Shown one piece after another: positions 58,040-64,000 of a DNA stretch of 64,000 bases. Location: assembly GCA_963705305.1 (NCBI GenBank), contig OY970067.1, positions 832,001-896,000 of the forward strand, read 5' to 3'. Made by a program: the position numbers and the translations under genes. This DNA is from an uncultured Methylomirabilota bacterium (GTDB lineage Bacteria > Methylomirabilota > Methylomirabilia > Methylomirabilales > 2-02-FULL-66-22). The notes under the pieces were generated by a model. It was not told where the DNA came from, searched no databases, and was given only the letters and a program-made list of their open reading frames with translations. Numbering within the stretch: the stretch's first letter is position 1; each line of letters opens with the position of its first letter.

Positions 58040-59008
58040 ATGACCAAGCGCGAGCGAATGCAGGCTGTCATCCACGGGAAACCCGTGGATCGAATTCCAG
58101 TCAGCTTCTGGTGGCATTATCCGGAGATCGACGATCGTCCCGATCTCCTCGCTGAGGCCATCGTCCGGGACCATCGCGCCTACGATCTCGATTTTGTCAA
58201 GATGATGCCCAGCGGCATGTTCGGCGTGGAGGACTGGGGGTGCCGGGTGGGGGATCCGGACCCGGAACTCGGGTTCAAGCGACTGCTGTCTGGCCCCATC
58301 CGAGTCCTCGAGGACTGGCGAAAGGTCACCCCGCGGCCTCCCGATCAAGGCGCGCGGGGACGCGAGCTCCGCTGTCTCGAACTGGTGCGGAAGGCTTTGC
58401 CAGATGCGGTGATCCTCCAGACCGTATTCGGCCCCCTCACCAACGCCGCCAAGCTGGCCGGCAAGTCCCTGCTCTTGGAGCATCTCCGGGAGAGCGAGCC
58501 ATCGGTCCTGGCGGCGCTGGAGGCCATCACCCGCACGGAAGAAGCCTACGTCACCGCCTGCCTGGAGCGGGGGGCCACCGGAATTTTCCTCGCCACCCAG
58601 TTCGCCGGAGATAACCTGCTGACCGCGGCAGAACACCAGCGCTGGTGCGCTCCGTTCGAGTCGAGGCTGCTCGCTCTTCTGCGCGGACGCTCCGAGTTCT
58701 CTCTCCTGCACCTTCATGGCCAGGCCATATTCTTCGACCGCTTCGCACAATACCCGATTCCCGCCCTGAGCTGGGAGGACACCTCCCTGTCTATGGCCGA
58801 GGGGCGCCGTCGGTTTCCAGGCGTCGTCGTCGGCGGCTTGGATCGGACCGGCTGGATCGTCTCAGCGTCACCAGAGGTCGTCCGGACAAAGACCGGGACC
58901 TTATTGCGGGAACTGGGAACGGAGCGGGCCGTTCTCGCGCCAGGTTGTGTCATGGCGCTTCGGACCCCCCCGGAAAATCTCCACGCGGCGCGCAATACGG
59001 TCAGTTGA
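58040..59008 (+). CDS. Uroporphyrinogen decarboxylase family protein
   Basis: VDRIPVSFWWH, DFVKMMP, QTVFGP, LLHLHG, LAPGC. Confidence 0.85.
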   Translation: MTKRERMQAVIHGKPVDRIPVSFWWHYPEIDDRPDLLAEAIVRDHRAYDLDFVKMMPSGMFGVEDWGCRVGDPDPELGFKRLLSGPIRVLEDWRKVTPRPPDQGARGRELRCLELVRKALPDAVILQTVFGPLTNAAKLAGKSLLLEHLRESEPSVLAALEAITRTEEAYVTACLERGATGIFLATQFAGDNLLTAAEHQRWCAPFESRLLALLRGRSEFSLLHLHGQAIFFDRFAQYPIPALSWEDTSLSMAEGRRRFPGVVVGGLDRTGWIVSASPEVVRTKTGTLLRELGTERAVLAPGCVMALRTPPENLHAARNTVS

Positions 59009-59269
59009 TCGGGCAGCTCGGCGTCCCCGAGACCGGGGATGCGTCGGCCCCGGCCACCCAATCGTCGGGGGCGACATCCCGCCGTCATCGGCGATGGAGA
59101 AGCGACAGGGACCGCGGCATCTCCTGATTTGATCCTGAGGCAACATTTGCTCCCTCGCACGCCCTCTCCGCGTCTCCGCTCCCCCCTGTCCCTTTCTCTC
59201 CCCTTCACCCCTGTTGCTCTCGGGCCCCTGACGCCTGTCGGTGAAACGGCTCTTCTTCGAATTTGGCGC

Positions 59270-59525
59270 GGGCGGTCTGCCGGCCGCGCTTCGGGCCTAC
59301 GGCCACCTGCTTGCCGACGGCCGGTCCCTGGGCTTCGCCGCGGCCAGCGGCCTCACCTCCGGGACGCTGTTCGCCTACATCGCCGGCTCGCCGTTCGCCT
59401 TCATCGAGCTGCATGGCGTCCGTCCGGAACGCTGCGGTCTGCTCTTCGGATGCATCGCGGGCACCGGCTTGGTGCAGCCCAACGCCCTCGCGCTGGCGCT
59501 CGCCCCCCATGGACGGCAGGCCAGC
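59270..59525 (+). pseudogene. Internal fragment of a Bcr/CflA-family MFS efflux gene
   Basis: LFAYIAGSPFAFIELHGV...GLLFG followed directly by GLVQPNALALAL...A; both ends missing. Confidence 0.65.
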
Positions 59526-59712
59526 AGGAAATCTTTGGACAGTCGGACGGCCGCCTTGCTACCATCAGGGCTGCTCGGTCGGCCGGGGGCCGATCGCGGC
59601 CAGCGGAAAGACGACCCCGCGGGGTTGCCGCCCCCGTTAAGAGAACCGCCCACGGCGTCGCGGCGGGATGGCATCCCGACGCGGCCGCCCGGACACACCC
59701 AAGGAGATCCGC

Positions 59713-60756
59713 ATGTCCCAGCTTTTTTCGCCGCTCTCTCTGCGCTCTGTCGCCGTCAGGAACCGCATCGTCATGTCGCCCATGTGCATGTACTCGGCGG
59801 GCCAGGACGGGAGGGCCACCGACTTCCATCTGGCCCACCTGGCCTCCCGCGCCGTCGGGGGAGCCGGCTTGATCCTCACCGAGGCCGCGGCGGTGGAGGC
59901 CCGGGCCCGGATCAGCGTGAACGACCTCGGCCTCTGGGACGACGCCCAGGTCGAGCCCCTGGCGCGCATCGTGCGCCTCTGCAAGGCTCAGGGCGCGGCA
60001 GTGGGCGTCCAGCTCGCGCATGCCGGCCGCAAGGCCTGGACCCCCACCAAGGGGAAGGGCCCGTTCCCCTCCGTCGCCCCCAGCGCGATCCCCTTTGACG
60101 CCGACTGGGTCGCGCCGCGAGAGCTGACCGAGCCGGACATGGACGCCATCCTCCCGGCCTACGAGGCCGCCACCCGGCGGGCGGTGGCCGCCGGTTTCGA
60201 TGTGATCGAGATCCACGCCGCCCACGGGTATTTTCTCCACCAGTTCCTGTCCCCGATCTCGAACCGCCGCACGGACGCGTATGGGGGATCGCTGGAGAAC
60301 CGGGCCCGCATGCTCCTCCGGGTGGTGGACGCCGTGCGCAAGGTCCTGCCCGAGTCGCAGCCCCTGTTCGTCCGGCTGTCCTGCACCGACTGGGTCGAGG
60401 GCGGGGTGACCATCGACGACCAGGTCCTGGTGGCCCGGTGGCTGCGGACCCGCGGGGCGGATGTGGTGGATTGCTCCTCCGGGGGCAGCACACCCCAGCT
60501 TCCCCCGGTCGGGCCGGGCTACCAGGTGCCCTTCGCCGAGCGGATCCGGCGCGAGGCGGGGATCGCCACCATGGCGGTGGGGTTGATCACGACGCCGGAG
60601 CTGGCCGAGGAGATCGTGCGCAACGGGCGCGCCGACCTGGTGGCGATGGGCCGCGAGCTGCTCCGGAATCCGTACTGGCCCCTGCACGCGGCGCGGGCGC
60701 TGGGGCACGACCTCGCCTGGCCCACCCAGTACCAGCGGGCCAAGCCGGTGAATTGA
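59713..60756 (+). CDS. namA: NADPH dehydrogenase, YqjM/NamA-type Old Yellow Enzyme
   Basis: NRIVMSPMCMYS, QLAHAGRK, EIHAAHGY, NRRTDAYGGS, GRELLRNPYW, QYQRA. Confidence 0.9.
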   Translation: MSQLFSPLSLRSVAVRNRIVMSPMCMYSAGQDGRATDFHLAHLASRAVGGAGLILTEAAAVEARARISVNDLGLWDDAQVEPLARIVRLCKAQGAAVGVQLAHAGRKAWTPTKGKGPFPSVAPSAIPFDADWVAPRELTEPDMDAILPAYEAATRRAVAAGFDVIEIHAAHGYFLHQFLSPISNRRTDAYGGSLENRARMLLRVVDAVRKVLPESQPLFVRLSCTDWVEGGVTIDDQVLVARWLRTRGADVVDCSSGGSTPQLPPVGPGYQVPFAERIRREAGIATMAVGLITTPELAEEIVRNGRADLVAMGRELLRNPYWPLHAARALGHDLAWPTQYQRAKPVN

Positions 60757-61004
60757 ATCCCAAGTTCGTAAATTATTCATCAGCCGCATAACCCCTGGTC
60801 CCCCGGGTCGGCCCGAGACGCCGCGCCCGCGGGCGAGCCCGGCCCCGGCCCGGAGGCCGCCGCTCTGGGGCGGGCCGACCCGGGGTGAGGGCGAAGCCGG
60901 CATCGACGAGGCGCCAGGCGTCCGAGGGGTGGCCCGGGGGACCGGGACACGCTACAGTAGTTGCGAAGAACAAGAGTGAGCACCTGCCCTGCGCGGAGGA
61001 CGGC

Positions 61005-61790
61005 ATGCCTTTCCAATTCTTCGGAACATCCGGCGCGATTCCCTCGCCCAACCGGGACAACACGGCGCTGGCCTTCTATTCGGAGGATGAGGTCGTCCTG
61101 GTGGACTGCTCCGGCAGCCCGTACCAGAAGATCCTCCAGGCGGGGCTGGACCCCAAGCGCGTCTCCTCCCTGATCGTGACCCACCGCCACGTGGATCACG
61201 TCTATGGCATCCCGTCGCTGGCCCACAACCTGGGGCTGGCCGGGCGGCGGGCGACGCTCCACGTCCACGCCCTGCCCGAGACGATGACGATCCTGCGCGG
61301 CTTCCTGGACCTGTTCCCGCTGGAGGCGAAGATGCCCTACCGCATCCAGCTTCACGAGGTGCCGCCCAAGGAGAACTTCCGGCTGTTGCGGGCCAAGGGC
61401 TTTTCCATCGAGTCCACGCCGGTCAAGCACGGGGCTCCCAACATCGGCTTGCGCGTGGAGTTTCGCTCGGCGCACGAACACGGCAGCGTCGTCTACAGCA
61501 GCGACACCAGTCCCTGCGCGACCCTCATCGCCCTCGCGCGCGGCGCCGACGTCCTGATCCACGAAGCGACCTTCCTGCATGCCGACGCCCAGCGGGCGGC
61601 CGCGGACGGCCATACCACCGGCTACCAGGCCGGCGAGGTGGCGCGCCAGGCCGAGGTCGGGCGCCTGCTCCTCTGCCACTTCCAGGCCGCCCTGCACGGG
61701 CGGGAGGGCGAGCTGTGCCAGGAGGCCGCCCAGGCGTACGACGGCCCGGTGGAGATCCCGGAAGAGCTGCGGGAATACCGGGTCGGATGA
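61005..61790 (+). CDS. RNase Z-like MBL-fold hydrolase
   Basis: FGTSGAIP, THRHVDHVYG, YSSDT, LIHEATF, GHTT. Confidence 0.85.
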   Translation: MPFQFFGTSGAIPSPNRDNTALAFYSEDEVVLVDCSGSPYQKILQAGLDPKRVSSLIVTHRHVDHVYGIPSLAHNLGLAGRRATLHVHALPETMTILRGFLDLFPLEAKMPYRIQLHEVPPKENFRLLRAKGFSIESTPVKHGAPNIGLRVEFRSAHEHGSVVYSSDTSPCATLIALARGADVLIHEATFLHADAQRAAADGHTTGYQAGEVARQAEVGRLLLCHFQAALHGREGELCQEAAQAYDGPVEIPEELREYRVG

Positions 61791-61896
61791 CTCCCCGCCG
61801 CGTGTCGGCTCGACGGCCCGTCCACCAGAAAGCCCTTGCTGCCCTTGGATCCGGAGGGTAAACTGATTCACTTGATGCTTTTCGCGAGGGTACCTC

Positions 61897-62787
61897 ATGC
61901 CGTTTCGTGCCGATCCGACCAAGGAATATTACAGCATCTTGGGACTCAAGGACGACGCGTCCCTTGACGAGATCCGGAAGGCCTATCGCAAGCTGGCGCT
62001 GCATTATCACCCCGACCGGAACCGGGGCGATGCCGGGGCCGAAGAGCGCTTCAAGGCTATCAGCGAGGCGTACGGCGTTCTGACCGATCCCGAGAAGCGC
62101 CGCCTGTACGACCTCTCCCGCTCCGCCGGGGCGTCGAGCGCCGGCGCCGGATGGGCCGGTTCGGGCACCTACTCCAGCCAGGAGGACATCCTGCGGGATC
62201 TGCTGCGCAACCAGGATGCCGCCGCGATCTTCCAGGAGCTGACGCGGGAGTTCCAGCGGATGGGGTTCCGCTTCGATGACGGCTTCGTCCGGCACGTCTT
62301 CTTCGGAGGACGCGGCGTCGCGTTCGGCGGGGTCTTCTTCGGAGGCCCCTTCACGTGGGGACGCGCGCGCGACCTCCAGGGATTCGGCGGCCGCGGGCGG
62401 CACATCGGGGGTTGGGGCCCGCAGCGGGAGCGCCGTCGCGAGGCCGAGGTCTCGACCCCCCGCCAGGCGCCGCGCCTGTTCTCCGGCCTGGGGGGCGCCC
62501 TGCGGGGGGTCGTCCGCGGCCTCGGGCGGGTGGCCCGCCTGGCCCTGGGGACCGGCCAGCCGGAAAGGGAGGACCTCGTCCAGGACTTCGACATCACCCC
62601 GGAAGAGGCCCGCCTGGGCGCCAAGCGGCACGTCCGGCTGTCCCGGGGCGTGGAGACGGAGGAGATCGTCGTGACGATCCCCCCAGGGGTGAAGCCGGGC
62701 ACCCGCCTGCGCCTGCGGGGCAAGGGTCGTGTCGGCAAGGACGGTGTCCCGGGGGACCTGTATCTGCGCGTGCACTACCCGCAGTGA
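61897..62787 (+). CDS. J-domain co-chaperone (CbpA/DnaJ class B-like)
   Basis: [40 protein letters not shown]. Confidence 0.92.
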   Translation: MPFRADPTKEYYSILGLKDDASLDEIRKAYRKLALHYHPDRNRGDAGAEERFKAISEAYGVLTDPEKRRLYDLSRSAGASSAGAGWAGSGTYSSQEDILRDLLRNQDAAAIFQELTREFQRMGFRFDDGFVRHVFFGGRGVAFGGVFFGGPFTWGRARDLQGFGGRGRHIGGWGPQRERRREAEVSTPRQAPRLFSGLGGALRGVVRGLGRVARLALGTGQPEREDLVQDFDITPEEARLGAKRHVRLSRGVETEEIVVTIPPGVKPGTRLRLRGKGRVGKDGVPGDLYLRVHYPQ

Positions 62788-62930
62788 CGTTGGGTCATTC
62801 GACCTCCCCGCTTTGTTCTGCCCGTCGGGATTTGCCCGCGTCACCCGAAGATTGTCGACGCTTTCATCTCATCGCGGGATGCGCTGCCTGCTGAACAGAC
62901 CTTACCGAGCCTCCTGGGCGGGGGATTCGG

Positions 62931-64000
62931 ATGCCTCCTGAGGCCCTCAGAACAGTCTGCCCTCACGACTGCCCGGACACCTGCAGCATCCTGGTCACGG
63001 TCGAGGACGGCCGGGTCGCCAGCTGCGAGGGCGACCCGCAGCACCCCTTCACGCAGGGGTTTCTCTGCCACAAGGTTCACCGCTATCCCGAGCGGCTCTA
63101 CGCCCCCCTCCGGGTCCTCCATCCCATGCGGCGGGTGGGCCGGAAGGGCGAGGGGCGCTTCCAGCCCATCTCGTGGGAGGAGGCCCTGGGCGAGGTCGCC
63201 GATCGCCTGCAGGCGATCGCGGGCGACTGCGGTGCCGAGGCCATCCTCCCCTTCTCGTACGGGGGAACCTTGGGGCTGGTCCAGCGCAAGGCCGGACACG
63301 CCTTCTTCCACCGGCTGGGTGCCACGCGCCTGAAGCGCAACATCTGCGACACCGCGGCCGAGGAGGCGTGGCTGGCCACCTACGGCGCGTGCGTGGGAAC
63401 CGACATGGAGGGAATCCGGAACTCGGATCTCCTGGTCCTGTGGGGCATCAACGCCGTCCACACCAACATCCACGGCATGCGGTTTGTCACCCAGGCGCGC
63501 CGGGAGGGCGCGCGGCTGGTGGTCATCGACCCGTACCGCACCCGGACCGCCAAGCTGGCGGATGTCCACCTCATGCCGCGGCCGGGGACGGACGCGGCCC
63601 TAGCCCTCTCCGTGGGCCACGTCCTGATCCGGGAGGGCTTGCTGGACTGGGCCTACATCGAGCGGCACACGTCCGGCTTCGAGGCCTACCGGGCGGAGGC
63701 CGAGAAGTTCCCGCCGCAGCGCGCCGCCGCCATCACCGGCATTCCCGCCGAGGCCATCGAGGCCTTCGCCCGGGCCTACGGCCGGGCGCGGGCGCCCTTC
63801 ATCCGCCTGGGCAACAGCCTCCAGCGCCACAGCAACGGCGGTCAGGCCGTCCGGGCCATCGCCTGCCTTCCCGGCCTGGTGGGCGCCTTCGCCCGGCCGG
63901 GGGGCGGGGCCCTCTGGGAGACCTTCGGCGCCTTCCACACCAACTTCGCCGCCATCGAAGGGCAGGAGTTGCAACCCCACCGTACGCGCGAGGTCAACAT
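62931..64000 (+). CDS. Molybdopterin oxidoreductase family protein, 3'-truncated by window edge
   Basis: CPHDCPDTC, GFLCHK, PISWEEAL, LWGIN, VIDPYRT, RPGTDAAL. Confidence 0.92.
   Translation, partial: MPPEALRTVCPHDCPDTCSILVTVEDGRVASCEGDPQHPFTQGFLCHKVHRYPERLYAPLRVLHPMRRVGRKGEGRFQPISWEEALGEVADRLQAIAGDCGAEAILPFSYGGTLGLVQRKAGHAFFHRLGATRLKRNICDTAAEEAWLATYGACVGTDMEGIRNSDLLVLWGINAVHTNIHGMRFVTQARREGARLVVIDPYRTRTAKLADVHLMPRPGTDAALALSVGHVLIREGLLDWAYIERHTSGFEAYRAEAEKFPPQRAAAITGIPAEAIEAFARAYGRARAPFIRLGNSLQRHSNGGQAVRAIACLPGLVGAFARPGGGALWETFGAFHTNFAAIEGQELQPHRTREVN

Overview
High-GC bacterial chromosomal segment with three parts. (1) 1-11 kb: end of a sigma54 activator, then a minus-strand cluster (branched-chain-type ABC importer, DUF1116/AllG-like protein, amidohydrolase, HpxW-like gamma-glutamyltransferase) and a cyclophilin. 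(2) About 11.2-27.3 kb: a lower-GC genomic island. Its left edge is the 3' half of a tRNA-Val(TAC). It carries an integron whose intI is co-oriented with and upstream of an array of about 13 attC-bounded cassettes; intI is inactivated by a frameshift and an in-frame stop. Several cassettes have HEPN/HNH-like motifs. Next come a darTG toxin-antitoxin pair between two homologous tyrosine-integrase 3' ends and an in-frame excisionase-integrase ORF. (3) 27-64 kb: moxR-DUF58-tgpA, a plant-type glucuronokinase-like kinase next to galU, mscS, and a minus-strand redox/catabolic operon. That operon includes a CooS/CODH-fold protein that keeps the B-cluster cysteines but appears to have lost all Ni-Fe C-cluster ligands, flanked by cooF-like and FAD/NAD oxidoreductase genes. 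Further transporters, flavoenzymes, URO-D-family proteins, a J-domain protein and a truncated molybdopterin oxidoreductase follow. All family calls come from motif recognition by eye; no database searches were run.
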